From Salinispira sp. (lineage in GTDB: Bacteria; Spirochaetota; Spirochaetia; DSM-27196; Salinispiraceae), in assembly GCA_965602015.1 (NCBI GenBank), contig OZ271918.1:800001-864000 (forward strand): a DNA stretch of 64,000 nt, read 5' to 3'. Below, in pieces: positions 27,623 through 38,541 of this stretch (position 1 is its first letter; each line of letters starts with the position of its first letter). Position numbers and translations under genes: made by a program. A model generated the notes under the pieces. It saw nothing but the letters and a program-made list of their open reading frames with translations. It searched no databases and had not been told where the DNA came from.

Positions 27623-29527
27623 TTATATCCGTTTGCGGTCCAATAGGAGCAGTCGATCGCGTAGAGTCGGCATATCCTCGGATTCCATCCATATCTTTTC
27701 GAAATCCTCATGCCGGATGATGTGCACCAGGCCGGAAAGTATCTTCAAATGATCGTCGCTCCGCTCCTGATTGCCGATGATGCCGATCATGGCCCTGATG
27801 TTCTTGTGATTTTCATCAAAGAACATTCCCTTTCTGCACCTCAGAAGGAAGACGTGAATGTCCTTGTCGCCGGGAATAAGCACATGGGGAATGGAAACGA
27901 ATTCCGAAAGGGCGGTGGACATGGAAGCTTCCCGCTCTTCAAGCATGGATGTCAGGGTTTCAGAGGGGATGCCGGTGTAGGGAGCGAGGGCGCTTCCCGC
28001 CGCCTGGAAGGCTCCATGAAGGGTTTCGGGGTGATCGATATCAAGCATCATTGCCTTTTCCAGAAGACTGTCCGCCAGGTCGTTGGCCAGATCATTCCTG
28101 GTACGCAGAATATCTCTCAGCTCGCTTTCCAGCCGGTCATCCTGGAGCTGCCGGTCAACTATCCGCTTTAAGAGGTGCAATGCGGCGAACTCGTACTGGG
28201 AGCGCTGCTTGCCGTAACTTAAATACATCAGCAGCCCGACTCCCGCAAAGAGGAGAAGAGCCTCGAGCGAACTTATTCCCAGTTCGACAAGAAAGTAGCT
28301 CATAAGTACCAGGGAGAGAACCGGAGTTAACGGATAACCCGGTATCCTAAACTGCGGGCGGTAGTTTCTGATGGGGCTTTCCCGGAGGATGATAAGGGCT
28401 ACATTGATTGCCATGTAGGAGAGAAGTATTACCGTTGAGGCCAGCTTCACAAGGCTCTCAAGAGGAATGAGAACCGCGATGGCTATACCTGCTCCGGTGA
28501 GAAGGAGCGCTCCGACTGGAATGTCCCGGCCGCTGGTTTTCGCGATACCCGGAGGAAGCAGGTGATCTCGGGCCATGGCCAGGGGATACCTGCTGGCGGC
28601 CAAAATACCCGCATTTCCCGTGGTGACGAAGGCCATTGCTGAGGCAACAGCAATGATAATAGCTCCGGCATTGCCGAGGAGGATGCCCGCGCTGTCGGCA
28701 ATCGGCGTGAGCGATCCGGCGAATATGCCGGGGGGTAATACGGCGGTGGTGGTGAGCACCATGGCGACGTACAGCACGGTGATAATAATGACCGACAGCA
28801 GCATGGCCCGGGGAATTACCTTTCCGGGGCTGCGCACTTCCTCGGCGAGGGTGGTAACGTTGAGAAGGCCGCCGAAGCTGACAAAAACAAAAGCCGCATT
28901 GGAGAACAGGCTGCGCATCCAGGCCATGGATCCGGCAAAGCCGCCTTCCTGAACGGAGGCTGATTGCTCAGCGCCGCCCCCGGCGAGGGCGGGCAGCCAG
29001 ATTCCCCTGTCAAAATGCTCCAGGTTCCAATTGGCCGACCCGACAACGATGAATCCTGCCATTATGACGAGCAGCGCAAAGACCAGAATAATTTCCAGGG
29101 TTACGGCTTCGCCGGTACCCAGGAGATTGATGAGCAGAAACAGACCCGTGAGGACCAGGGCGGTGAGGCGCGGGGGCAGGCCAAAAAATACCAGGCCGAG
29201 TTCCGCCAGGCCGAACACTGCGAATGCGGTTTTTAGCATCAGGGCGAGCCAACTGAGCAGGCCCATTATGGTACCCACCGCCGGCCCCATGCTTCTGGTG
29301 ATGTAAAAATAGTCTCCGCCGGCCTTGGGCATGGCGGTAGCCAGCTCGATAAGCGCCAGACTTGAAAGCAGGGCCACGATGCCTGCAAGCAGATAGCTGA
29401 GGCTGACCGCCGGACCGATTCGGGAAAATGCGAGGCCCGGAAGAATAAAAATCCCGCTGGAGATCATGGTGCCGCTGGCGATGGCGAACAGGGCTGTGGT
29501 GCCGATTCCCGGATTGCTCCGTTTCAT
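27623..29527 (-). CDS. APC-family amino-acid permease fused to C-terminal PTS EIIA (Fru/Mtl/Ntr-type) domain
   Basis: GTMISSGIF.LPG, ELATAMPKAGG.Y, AEEV..P; C-terminal ERE..MST.....SIPH...HLKILS. Confidence 0.88.
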   Translation of the reverse strand: MKRSNPGIGTTALFAIASGTMISSGIFILPGLAFSRIGPAVSLSYLLAGIVALLSSLALIELATAMPKAGGDYFYITRSMGPAVGTIMGLLSWLALMLKTAFAVFGLAELGLVFFGLPPRLTALVLTGLFLLINLLGTGEAVTLEIILVFALLVIMAGFIVVGSANWNLEHFDRGIWLPALAGGGAEQSASVQEGGFAGSMAWMRSLFSNAAFVFVSFGGLLNVTTLAEEVRSPGKVIPRAMLLSVIIITVLYVAMVLTTTAVLPPGIFAGSLTPIADSAGILLGNAGAIIIAVASAMAFVTTGNAGILAASRYPLAMARDHLLPPGIAKTSGRDIPVGALLLTGAGIAIAVLIPLESLVKLASTVILLSYMAINVALIILRESPIRNYRPQFRIPGYPLTPVLSLVLMSYFLVELGISSLEALLLFAGVGLLMYLSYGKQRSQYEFAALHLLKRIVDRQLQDDRLESELRDILRTRNDLANDLADSLLEKAMMLDIDHPETLHGAFQAAGSALAPYTGIPSETLTSMLEEREASMSTALSEFVSIPHVLIPGDKDIHVFLLRCRKGMFFDENHKNIRAMIGIIGNQERSDDHLKILSGLVHIIRHEDFEKIWMESEDMPTLRDRLLLLDRKRI

Positions 29528-29618
29528 AAGCCGCTCCTTTTTTTATGTACGCCGTGGCGTTGATCGGATGAATATTAGTATAATACCAATAAATATTCTG
29601 CCGTCGATGAGGACATGT

Positions 29619-31301
29619 ATGAAAAAAACTAATAATGAACCGCGTTACAGCACCGACATGACCGGAGGGGTGGAGCGCATGCCGAACAGGGCCATGTTAC
29701 GGGCCATCGGATTCGAAGATGAAGATTTTCACAAATCTCTTGTAGCATTGGCATCTTCCGGGGCTGAACTCAGTCCCTGTAATTTTCACCATGACGCCCT
29801 GGCAGCTGTCTCGAAAGAGGAAATAAACCGGATCGGGCTGAAGGCCATGAAGTTCAATACCTTTGTGGTGACTGACGGTCAGGCCATGGGTCATGAAGGC
29901 ATGAAGGCAAGCCTGATATCCCGGGATTCAATAGCTGATGTCATCGAGCTTGTTGTCCGGGGGCACGCTTTGGACGCGATTTTCGGAATCGGTGGCTGCG
30001 ACAAAACCATACCCGGAACCGTCATGCCCATGGCACGGCTGAACAGGCCTTCTATTTTCTGCTATGGGGGAACTATCAAGGCGGGAAATCACCGCGGCAA
30101 AGCAGTGGATATTGTGTCGGCCTTCGAAGCCGTGGGAGCCTACAGCTCGGGAAGTATAGACGAGGAAGAGCGCTACCAAATCGAGTGCAGCGCATGTCCC
30201 GGCGTTGGAGCGTGCGGCGGAATGTATACCGCCAATACCATGGCGTCGGCCATGGAGGCTATCGGCATGAGCCTTCCCGGAAGCTCCAGCATCCCGGCGG
30301 TGGACAAGGCCAAGTCCGAACATATGCGTGAGAGCGCCCGCGCCCTTGCCGATCTGATCGCCCGGGATATCAAACCACGAGACATTATGACGAGAAAAGC
30401 CTTTGAAAATGCCATCCGGACAGTAATGGCCCTGGGCGGGAGCACAAACTCGGTGCTGCATCTCCTGGCACTGGCGAGGGAAGCGGAGGTTTCCTTGAGC
30501 ATCGAAGAGTTTAATTATTTCCACGACACCACGCCGATGCTGGTGGACATGAAGCCCGCCGGGCGCTATGTCATGGAGGACCTTCACCGGGTCGGCGGCG
30601 TTCCCGTGGTAATGAAGATGCTTCTGGATGAGGGACTTCTGCACGGAGATTGTCTTACCGTGACCGGAAAAACCGTTGCGGAAAATTTGGCCGGCGTCTC
30701 CACCAACCTCGAGGGCCAGGACGTTATAAAGCCCTTTTCCCAGCCGGAAAAGGCCACCGGGCCCATTGCCATCCTGTTCGGGAACCTGGCTCCCGACGGC
30801 GCTGTCCTTAAAACCTGCGGGCTGAAGGTCACTGAGCACAGCGGGCCCGCCAAAGTGTTCGAGGGAGAAAAGGCGGCCCTGGATGCCATTCTGGCGGGGA
30901 AAATTGTCGAAGGCGATGTGGTCGTCATCCGCTACGAGGGTCCGAAGGGCGGACCGGGAATGCGTGAAATGCTGGCTCCCACCGCGGCCATCGCCGGTCA
31001 GGGGCTGGCGGGCAAGGTGGCCCTGCTTACCGACGGCCGGTTCTCCGGCGGCAGCCACGGTCTTATTGTCGGTCACATTACGCCTGAGGCTCAGGTGCGC
31101 GGACCCATCGCGGCCTTGAAAGATGGCGATGTCATTTCCATCAGCCTGAAGGATAAGACCCTCTCGGTCGACCTGTCGCAGGAGGATATTGAAGCGCGGG
31201 TTGCCGACTGGAGCGAACGGGATCACGGGTACCATCGAGGCGCCCTTGCCAAGTTTGCCAGATTGTGCCGCTCAGCCAGCGAAGGGGCGGTGACCAGTTG
31301 A
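29619..31301 (+). CDS. ilvD: dihydroxy-acid dehydratase
   Basis: PCN, TDG..MGHEGMKASL.SR, GCDKT, CGGMYTANTM, GGSTN, GPKGGPGMREML, TDGRFSG; GAGGA RBS before ATG 29619. Confidence 0.93.
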   Translation: MKKTNNEPRYSTDMTGGVERMPNRAMLRAIGFEDEDFHKSLVALASSGAELSPCNFHHDALAAVSKEEINRIGLKAMKFNTFVVTDGQAMGHEGMKASLISRDSIADVIELVVRGHALDAIFGIGGCDKTIPGTVMPMARLNRPSIFCYGGTIKAGNHRGKAVDIVSAFEAVGAYSSGSIDEEERYQIECSACPGVGACGGMYTANTMASAMEAIGMSLPGSSSIPAVDKAKSEHMRESARALADLIARDIKPRDIMTRKAFENAIRTVMALGGSTNSVLHLLALAREAEVSLSIEEFNYFHDTTPMLVDMKPAGRYVMEDLHRVGGVPVVMKMLLDEGLLHGDCLTVTGKTVAENLAGVSTNLEGQDVIKPFSQPEKATGPIAILFGNLAPDGAVLKTCGLKVTEHSGPAKVFEGEKAALDAILAGKIVEGDVVVIRYEGPKGGPGMREMLAPTAAIAGQGLAGKVALLTDGRFSGGSHGLIVGHITPEAQVRGPIAALKDGDVISISLKDKTLSVDLSQEDIEARVADWSERDHGYHRGALAKFARLCRSASEGAVTS

Positions 31302-31368
31302 TGAATTCCATATAGTCACCAGATTTCGCAGAATCATTCTTGATTTTTATCTTTAGCTATTCTACTAT

Positions 31369-31385
31369 ATAGGGTAGGGGGGTAT
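31369..31385. promoter_or_regulatory. CsoR-type operator
   Basis: ATAGGGTAGGGGGGTAT: G-tracts flanked by ATA/TAT immediately upstream of csoR. Confidence 0.65.
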
Positions 31386-31390
31386 TCTAT

Positions 31391-31687
31391 ATGAGCGTCA
31401 AGCAGTCCGCCAGAAAGGCCCATCATTCCTATAAAACCAAAGAGGCCATGCTCACCCGCCTCAAGCGAATCGAGGGTCAGATCCGGGGAATCAGCCGGAT
31501 GATCGACGAGGATGTATACTGCGACGATATACTCCATCAGTTTATGAGCGTCGACTCGGCAATCGCAGGGGTCAAAAATATGCTTCTGGAAGCCCATGTG
31601 AAAAGCTGTGTAATCGATCAGATCCGCGAGGGCGATATTGCGGTAGTCGACGAGCTCATGAGCACCATTGCCAAAATGAGAAAGTAA
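31391..31687 (+). CDS. csoR: copper-sensing repressor, CsoR/RcnR family
   Basis: [14 protein letters not shown]....YC.DIL.Q, H...CV; upstream of copA. Confidence 0.92.
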   Translation: MSVKQSARKAHHSYKTKEAMLTRLKRIEGQIRGISRMIDEDVYCDDILHQFMSVDSAIAGVKNMLLEAHVKSCVIDQIREGDIAVVDELMSTIAKMRK

Positions 31688-31767
31688 GGCCGGAGAGTAA
31701 GGATGTCGGCTGTGCAGCGCCTGGGGTTAACGCCCGGGGCAAGCCGGCGAGAAACAGGAGGAATATC

Positions 31768-34251
31768 GTGGAAATTTCCCAACTAAATATAGAAGGCATG
31801 ACCTGCGCTTCATGCGTCGCTCATGTGGAGAAAGCCATTTCCCGGCTTGACGGCATAGATATGGCCAATGTCAATTTGGCGACGGAAACCGCCACCGTAA
31901 GCTATGACCCGTCGAGGGTTGAAGTATCGGGCATAATCGAGTCGGTCCTTCAAGCCGGGTATTCTGCGAGCCTGCGCTCCCAGGATGACGATGAAAACGA
32001 GATGAAGCGGCAGGCCGGACTGCGAAAGCTTCGGAATCTAACCCTGATTTCAGTGCTCCTCAGCCTACCGCTTTTGGCTGCCATGATTACCATGGTGATT
32101 CCGGTTCCCGGGCTGATGTTTCTTCACAACCCATTGTTCCAATTCGTTTTTGCCACCCCGGTGCAATTTATTATCGGCTGGCGTTTTTACCGGGCAGCCT
32201 TTCTGTCATTAAAGGCCGGCAGCCCGGGAATGGATGTGCTGGTAGCGTTGGGAACTTCGGCTGCTTATGCGTACAGCATCGTCAACGGGTTCTTCGCAGA
32301 CGCCCTGGGAATAGCCGGAAGCGGTTTGTACTTCGAGGTCTCCGCAATGGTCATTACGCTGGTGCTCCTCGGGAAGTATTTCGAATCATTGGCCAAGGGC
32401 CGGACATCCAAGGCATTAAAAAAGCTGTTGAACCTTCAGCCCAAGACCGCCAGGGTCAGCCGGGGGGGCGAAGCGTTAGAGCTTCCGGTCGGCGATGTGC
32501 AGGTCGGCGATCTGGTTCTTGTCCGGCCCGGAGAATGCATACCGGTGGACGGCGCAGTGGTATCCGGTTCATCAGCGGTGGACGAAAGCGCGATAACCGG
32601 CGAAAGCCTGCCGGTGGAAAAACAGGCCGGGGATCAGGTCTTAAGCGGAACCATAAATACCCACGGCAGTATCAGCTTCGAAGCCCTCAACGTCGGCAAG
32701 GATTCAATGATTTCCCGAATCATCTCTATAGTGGAGGAAGCCCAGGGCTCCAAAGCTCCCATCCAGCAGGTGGCGGACAAGGTTGCGGCGATTTTTGTTC
32801 CCGCAGTCCTGGCCATCGCGGGCGTGACCTTTCTGGTGTGGTGGCTCGCCCTGGGCAACGGAACACAGGCCTTTGTATCAGCGGTGGCTGTTCTGGTGAT
32901 AGCCTGCCCCTGCGCCCTCGGTCTTGCCACGCCGACGGCCATTATGGTGGGAACCGGGCTGGGAGCGCAGAAGGGAATTCTCATAAAGAACGGCGAAATC
33001 CTTCAACAGGCCGGTGAAATTGATGCGGTGGTCCTGGACAAGACCGGGACCGTCACCAGGGGAAAACCCGAATTGGAGGGCGTTTTTCCTGTGGAAAAAA
33101 GTAAGCGGCACGATGAGCAGTCGCTTCTGATCCTCGCGGCCAGTCTCGAACAGTATTCCGAGCATCCTTTGGCACGGGCCGTTGTCGCTGCCGCAGAGGA
33201 AAAGGGCTTACAGCTGGAAGCAGCTGAAAACTTTACCGCATATCCCGGAAAGGGGATCGCCGGAACTATCGCAAATACGTCGTATCGCATAGGCACCTCC
33301 CAGTTCCTCATTGAGGCCGGAATATCGCTGCAGGAAGTCGAGCAGCAGAAGACCGCTCTCGAAAATAACGGAGCGTCGGTGGTGCTCATATCCGACGATG
33401 AGAATCTTCTCGGCATGTTGTCCATCGCCGATCAGATTAAGGAGGAATCCCGTGAGGGAATCCGTCGCTTGAAGGAGGCGGGGATCTCCGTCTATATGAT
33501 TACCGGAGACAACCGGGGTACTGCCGCCAGCATTGCAGCCAAGGTCGGCCTCGAAGAGCGTCATGTCCTGTCCGAAGTACTGCCTCAGGACAAGGCCGGC
33601 GAGGTGGCAAGGCTGCAGCGCGAGGGACGGAAAGTGGCAATGGTGGGTGATGGAGTTAACGATGCGCCGGCCCTGGCAAGCGCCGATACGGGAATCGCCA
33701 TGGGGCAGGGAACCGACATTGCAATTGAGAGTTCGGATATCACCCTGATTCGCGGAGACCTGAGAGATATCGCCCGAAGCATCGCCTTGTCCAGAAGGAC
33801 CATGTCCAAAATCAGGCAAAATCTGTTCTGGGCCTTTGGGTATAACTCGTTGGGCATTCCCTTTGCTGCCCTGGGCCTGCTCAATCCGATGATTGCCGGG
33901 GCTGCCATGGCATTCAGCTCGGTGTCGGTGGTGACCAACTCCCTATTGCTTCGAAGGGCGGATATTGACCGTCTCCCCGGAAAACCTAGTCGAACAAAGA
34001 ACAAGACAGCTTTTAAGGCTGCAAAGGAGAAGAACAGCATGATTGAAGTTAAGGTTAGCGGCATGTCCTGCAATCACTGTAAAATGCGGGTTGAGCAGGC
34101 GGCAAAAGAGGTCGCCGGCGTCGGTATGGCGGAGGTCGATTTGGATGCCGGAGTATTGACGGTCGATATCAGCGGTGACGACAGCGCTCAAATATTGGAC
34201 AGCGTCAAGGAAGCGGTTCGAAACGCGGGTTATGAGCCGGCACAGGCCTGA
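31768..34251 (+). CDS. copA: Cu(I)-translocating P1B-type ATPase with N- and C-terminal HMA domains
   Basis: GMTCASC, TGES, CPC, DKTGT, SEHP, GDGVND, YN..., MAFSS; C-terminal GMSCNHC. Confidence 0.96.
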   Translation: MEISQLNIEGMTCASCVAHVEKAISRLDGIDMANVNLATETATVSYDPSRVEVSGIIESVLQAGYSASLRSQDDDENEMKRQAGLRKLRNLTLISVLLSLPLLAAMITMVIPVPGLMFLHNPLFQFVFATPVQFIIGWRFYRAAFLSLKAGSPGMDVLVALGTSAAYAYSIVNGFFADALGIAGSGLYFEVSAMVITLVLLGKYFESLAKGRTSKALKKLLNLQPKTARVSRGGEALELPVGDVQVGDLVLVRPGECIPVDGAVVSGSSAVDESAITGESLPVEKQAGDQVLSGTINTHGSISFEALNVGKDSMISRIISIVEEAQGSKAPIQQVADKVAAIFVPAVLAIAGVTFLVWWLALGNGTQAFVSAVAVLVIACPCALGLATPTAIMVGTGLGAQKGILIKNGEILQQAGEIDAVVLDKTGTVTRGKPELEGVFPVEKSKRHDEQSLLILAASLEQYSEHPLARAVVAAAEEKGLQLEAAENFTAYPGKGIAGTIANTSYRIGTSQFLIEAGISLQEVEQQKTALENNGASVVLISDDENLLGMLSIADQIKEESREGIRRLKEAGISVYMITGDNRGTAASIAAKVGLEERHVLSEVLPQDKAGEVARLQREGRKVAMVGDGVNDAPALASADTGIAMGQGTDIAIESSDITLIRGDLRDIARSIALSRRTMSKIRQNLFWAFGYNSLGIPFAALGLLNPMIAGAAMAFSSVSVVTNSLLLRRADIDRLPGKPSRTKNKTAFKAAKEKNSMIEVKVSGMSCNHCKMRVEQAAKEVAGVGMAEVDLDAGVLTVDISGDDSAQILDSVKEAVRNAGYEPAQA

Positions 34252-34374
34252 TGTCCCTCGGCTGCTGTGCCCGGTAGCCGGCCCATGTTCGGCGGCTGAT
34301 CGATGGCGGCCCATGGTCGGCGGCCGGCCGCAGGGACGTGATTAACCGGCGATGTATATAGTAGTCTTTGTCGA

Positions 34375-35283
34375 ATGAGCATCCCACAGTTGCTGATTAT
34401 TGCGGGCATCATTGTCGCCGCGGGTATTATTGGGTTTATAGCAAAATACCTTCTCATTCCCGATTCACATATTATTACCCGGCTTATCCGGGAGGCATCC
34501 GCTTTGCCTCCGGCGGAGGGAAAGGTTCACCTCGACCTACGCTACCGGGGAGCATTGAGACCCGGCGCGACCATGGATATATATGAGCCATTGGGTTCAT
34601 TCTCCTTCAACGCGGCGCCGGTGGTGGTATTTCTCCACGGGGGCTCGTGGATACACGGCGATAAGGTCACAATCCGGATTATCGACCGCTTTTTACAAAG
34701 AATGCGAAGCGAGGGCTACTTCGTGGCTGCGGTTAACTACCGGTCTGGACTCTTGGGAGGGTTTGCCGCGCCCCTGAATAATACCATGTCGGCCCTGGAT
34801 TGGCTCGATAAACACTCCGAACGATACGAATTTGATCCGGCGTCCCTCGCCCTGTACGGAATATCCGCCGGTGGCCAGCTTGCTCTGATGGCCGAATCCC
34901 GGCTACGTTCCCGGGGTGTCGTGAAATTTGTCCTCGCCGAGTGCGCGCCCGTCGATTTACCGGCGATGGCTGCCGGGGACGCGTTCGAAAGGTCTTCTTT
35001 CCTCGGTATTCTGCCTTCGGTTTACCTCAGGCGTCACAGCCCCGTTCACCAGGTAAGTTCGGATATGGCTCCGGTGCTTATTTATCATGGCGATGCCGAT
35101 GAGGTGGTTCATGTACGACAGGCACATTTGCTCAAAAACGCTATTGATGCCGCCGGCGCTCATTCGGAGATCGAAATCTATCCCGGCGGTACCCATGCCT
35201 TTCTGGGAATGCCCGATTCCCTGTGGTTTGAGCAGGAAACCCGGGCTCTTCGTTTTATGAGGGAGCGTTTTGGACCACACTGA
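34375..35283 (+). CDS. alpha/beta hydrolase (esterase) with N-terminal membrane anchor
   Basis: HGGSW, GISAGG nucleophile elbow, HGDAD.VV, GGTHAF. Confidence 0.9.
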   Translation: MSIPQLLIIAGIIVAAGIIGFIAKYLLIPDSHIITRLIREASALPPAEGKVHLDLRYRGALRPGATMDIYEPLGSFSFNAAPVVVFLHGGSWIHGDKVTIRIIDRFLQRMRSEGYFVAAVNYRSGLLGGFAAPLNNTMSALDWLDKHSERYEFDPASLALYGISAGGQLALMAESRLRSRGVVKFVLAECAPVDLPAMAAGDAFERSSFLGILPSVYLRRHSPVHQVSSDMAPVLIYHGDADEVVHVRQAHLLKNAIDAAGAHSEIEIYPGGTHAFLGMPDSLWFEQETRALRFMRERFGPH

Positions 35284-35328
35284 GGATAGGCAGCTGCAAT
35301 CGCCCCATCGCCTGGCTGAGTACCCTCA

Positions 35329-37779
35329 TCAATAGGGCTTTTTCTTTTTCCGCGCGATTATTTGGAGAAAACCTTTGAGAAAGCGTCGGTTCATCATGCT
35401 GATCAGTCCGTCGACGAGGGATGAGCTCATCCCCCCCAGCATGGCAATGCTTTTTATGGGCATTTCCCGCACCATTGCGGCCATCATTTCCCGGGTCTTC
35501 TCGTCGGCGTTTTTTCCCGCCATCTTTGATATTTGCCGCTTAGCGCCCCAGTACAGAATGCCGCCGACCAGGGTTTTGCTCACGTCCTCGAGGGTCGAAA
35601 ACCTGCTGAAGGGAGTGCCGCGGGGAATGTCCCGGGGCGGAAGGCCTTTGCCGTAGAGCCCGGCGAATGGCCCCTGGTCACTCAGATCGGCAAATACTTT
35701 CGTCGAAGGCTCATAGTAGCCCGGTGCCCTTTCCTTCACTGTCCGGGCCCAGGGGGAAAGCTCATCGCCGTTTTTTATATTCAGCACTGCCTGTAGCCGG
35801 ATATCACGGGATGACGAGCCGATAAGAATTTCAAAATCACCGGCTTCAACGGCCCATTTTTCCGCCCCGGCATCCCAGAAGCTGAAATCCCGGCGGGTGA
35901 GCTGGAGAATAAGCTCCCTGCATTCTCCCGGTTCCAGAGAAATCTTTGAAAAGGCTTTTAGCTGCTTGTCCGGCATAAACACGCTTGACTCGATATCCCT
36001 GATATAAAGCTGGACTATTTCCTTCCCGCTGACGCTGCCGCTGTTGCAAACGGTAAATTTTGCCTGTACCGCGCCCCCGTCATCGGGTCCGGTGATGGAA
36101 AGATCCGAGTATTCAAAAACCGTGTAGCTCAAACCATGGCCGAAGGGAAAGAGCAGGGGGGTGCCGGCTTTGTCATAATAGCGGTAGCCCACATAGACGG
36201 ATTCCGCATAAACCACGCTATTCGTCCCGCCGGGAAAGTTCACCGTTGAGGGCACGTCTTCGAGCCTCAGCGGGAAGCTCTCTGCCAGTTTGCCGCTGGG
36301 GTTTACCCGACCGAAGAGCAGGTCGACTACCGCAGAACCCCAGGCCTGTCCGCCGAGATAGGTCTCAAGCACCGCGCCGACGTTTTCTATCCAGGGCATT
36401 GTCACCGGAGAACCGTTGGAGAGAACGACGATGCAGTTCAGGTTAACCTTGGCAACTTCTTCTATGAGCCGCCGGTGGCCATCGGGCAGATCCAGATGCT
36501 TCCGGTCAAAGCCCTCGGATTCGGAAATATCCGGCAGTCCGGCAAATATCACCGCGGTCTCACATCGGGCCGCAACGCTCACTGCCTCCTGAATGAGCTG
36601 GGGATGGGCTGCTTCGTCGTGGGCCCGATAACCCGGGGCATAACTCAGCTCCGTTATATTTTTGCAGAATTCAAGCATGGCGTCCCATGCGCTATCTATT
36701 CGTGTGGGCCGTATCAGCGAGGATCCCGAGCCCTGGTAGCGGGGGATTTTTGCGAACTCGCCGATGACGGCCAGGGAGCCGCCGGCTTCCAGCGGCAGGA
36801 GCGAATCGTTTTTTAGCAAAATCGCCGATTCGGTGAGAATTCTCCGCGCCGCCTGATGATGATCTTCTTCGTCATAGCGAAAGGGCTCAGAAAGGGTTTT
36901 GTAGGTTCGAAGAACCACAGCGAGTATTCGCCGCACCGCTTCGTCGAGAACCTCTTCAGCTAGGCTGCCGCTTCGCACCGCATCGATAATCAGGGATGTG
37001 TTGTGTTCTGAAGGTCCCGGCATTTCCAGTTCCTGCCCGGCAATCAGACCTTCAACCCTGTCGTTTTCCGCCCCCCAGTCGGTGACAACGAAACCCCGGT
37101 GACCCCATTCCTTTCTTAAAATGTCCGTGAGGAGGGTTTTATGCTCCGAGCAATATACGCCGTTGAGCCGGTTATAGGCGTTCATTACCGTATCCGGTTT
37201 TCCCTCTTTGACAGCGATCTCAAAGCCCGTCAGATAAATTTCCCGGAGAGCCCGGTTATCGACAATGGTATCGATGGTCATACGGCGATGCTCCTGGTTG
37301 TTCGCCGCGAAGTGCTTGAGGCTTGCGCCGATGCCCCGTTTTTGGACCCCTCTTATGTGGGCAGCCGCCAGTTTTCCGCTGAGAACCGGGTCTTCGGAGA
37401 AGTACTCGAAATTTCGCCCGCATAAGGGCGAACGCTTTATGTTCGCCCCGGGACCCAAAAGAATTGCAACCTTCTCCTGGCGGCATTCGTCGGCCAGCAG
37501 GCTGCCCATTTCTTCGATGAGCTCTTCATCCCAACTCGAGGCGATGGCTGCGGCGCTGGGGAAGCAGACTGCCGGAACAGACTCGCTGAGGCCGGCGTGA
37601 TCCCCTTTGCCTTCCTGCTTTCTGAGACCATGGGGACCGTCAGTCAGCATGATGGAAGGTATGCCCAGATCTTCATAGCCGACCAGGTTCCAAAAATCCT
37701 TCCCAGAACACATTTGTGCCTTCTGTTCAAGGCTCAATCTTCCGAGAATGGCGTGGATGTCCGTGCTTTGCTTCTTCAT
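35329..37779 (-). CDS. glycoside hydrolase family 3 beta-glucosidase with Fn3-like domain
   Basis: TDGPHGLR, GRNFEYFSEDP, KHFAANNQE, VVTDWG, SEGFDR, FPFGHGLSYT. Confidence 0.95.
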   Translation of the reverse strand: MKKQSTDIHAILGRLSLEQKAQMCSGKDFWNLVGYEDLGIPSIMLTDGPHGLRKQEGKGDHAGLSESVPAVCFPSAAAIASSWDEELIEEMGSLLADECRQEKVAILLGPGANIKRSPLCGRNFEYFSEDPVLSGKLAAAHIRGVQKRGIGASLKHFAANNQEHRRMTIDTIVDNRALREIYLTGFEIAVKEGKPDTVMNAYNRLNGVYCSEHKTLLTDILRKEWGHRGFVVTDWGAENDRVEGLIAGQELEMPGPSEHNTSLIIDAVRSGSLAEEVLDEAVRRILAVVLRTYKTLSEPFRYDEEDHHQAARRILTESAILLKNDSLLPLEAGGSLAVIGEFAKIPRYQGSGSSLIRPTRIDSAWDAMLEFCKNITELSYAPGYRAHDEAAHPQLIQEAVSVAARCETAVIFAGLPDISESEGFDRKHLDLPDGHRRLIEEVAKVNLNCIVVLSNGSPVTMPWIENVGAVLETYLGGQAWGSAVVDLLFGRVNPSGKLAESFPLRLEDVPSTVNFPGGTNSVVYAESVYVGYRYYDKAGTPLLFPFGHGLSYTVFEYSDLSITGPDDGGAVQAKFTVCNSGSVSGKEIVQLYIRDIESSVFMPDKQLKAFSKISLEPGECRELILQLTRRDFSFWDAGAEKWAVEAGDFEILIGSSSRDIRLQAVLNIKNGDELSPWARTVKERAPGYYEPSTKVFADLSDQGPFAGLYGKGLPPRDIPRGTPFSRFSTLEDVSKTLVGGILYWGAKRQISKMAGKNADEKTREMMAAMVREMPIKSIAMLGGMSSSLVDGLISMMNRRFLKGFLQIIARKKKKPY

Positions 37780-37819
37780 GTAGGGTCTCTCTCTTGCTCG
37801 ATTGACGATTTACTGCTAA

Positions 37820-37840
37820 TATGCAACATCGTGTTGCATA
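37820..37840. promoter_or_regulatory. palindromic operator, probably for the adjacent TetR regulator
   Basis: TATGCAACA-TCG-TGTTGCATA perfect inverted repeat between divergent GH3 and tetR genes. Confidence 0.7.
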
Positions 37841-37911
37841 ACACAATAACACGGCCTTTGTGTCTGGGCAAGGAAAATAGCGGAGAGAAGAAATTCTGCA
37901 TGGGAGGGCTG

Positions 37912-38541
37912 ATGATACCGTCGAAAATGTCGGTCAAACGGGACAATGAGGAATTCCAAAGCCCCAAACGCCGGGAGCAAATTCTCGAAGTCTCCAGGGA
38001 CCTGTTCCTGGAGCGGGGTCTGGATAAAACCAGCATGAAGGACATTGCCCAGGCCTCACAGATAAACCGGGCAACCCTGTACCGGTATTTCCCCGATTTA
38101 GAGCGTATTGCGGTCGAAGTATCCATCGGCATATTACGCGAGGATTTTTTTCCCGTGCGGATTGCCGGCGATAGTAAAAAGCGCTTCGCCTCGGCAATAA
38201 TGGCGATGATCGATAATTTCCACACACTCAAAAAGCAGTTCAGTTTCTTTGCGGTATACGACAGCCTGTATACCGACAGCAGTCGCCTCCCCGGCGGAGA
38301 GACCAGCGCATGGTACGGCCAACAATTGTTATCTCTCCTGGGACTTGAACCTGGCGAAGAGTCGGGCGATGTTCCTCCCCTCAATGCGGCGCGGCTGATT
38401 ATGATCGGTAATGCAGTCATGAGCTTTCTCAAAACCCTTGCCATTCGCGGACGTATTTTGGAAGAAGAGCAGGGTGTGGGAGTCGATGCCGAATTGACGC
38501 TGTTTAGGCAGATGATCGCCCGGGAGCTGGCAGAATCCTAA
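37912..38541 (+). CDS. TetR/AcrR-family transcriptional regulator
   Basis: RREQIL....LF.ERG...TSMKDIA....INRATLYRYF; start uncertain. Confidence 0.9.
   Translation: MIPSKMSVKRDNEEFQSPKRREQILEVSRDLFLERGLDKTSMKDIAQASQINRATLYRYFPDLERIAVEVSIGILREDFFPVRIAGDSKKRFASAIMAMIDNFHTLKKQFSFFAVYDSLYTDSSRLPGGETSAWYGQQLLSLLGLEPGEESGDVPPLNAARLIMIGNAVMSFLKTLAIRGRILEEEQGVGVDAELTLFRQMIARELAES

Noticed and set aside
29928..31235. 435-aa antisense ORF opposite ilvD (similarly 13504-14463 and 6049-7044)
   Set aside because: Shadow frames of conserved genes with no independent coding evidence.
37597..37911. long N-terminal extensions in the ORF track (TetR from 37597; also ArsR from 56100, IlvD from 29466, hemerythrin from 27692, YkgJ from 45336)
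   Set aside because: They overlap neighbouring genes or operator regions; domain boundaries and RBS/promoter positions favour the later starts.
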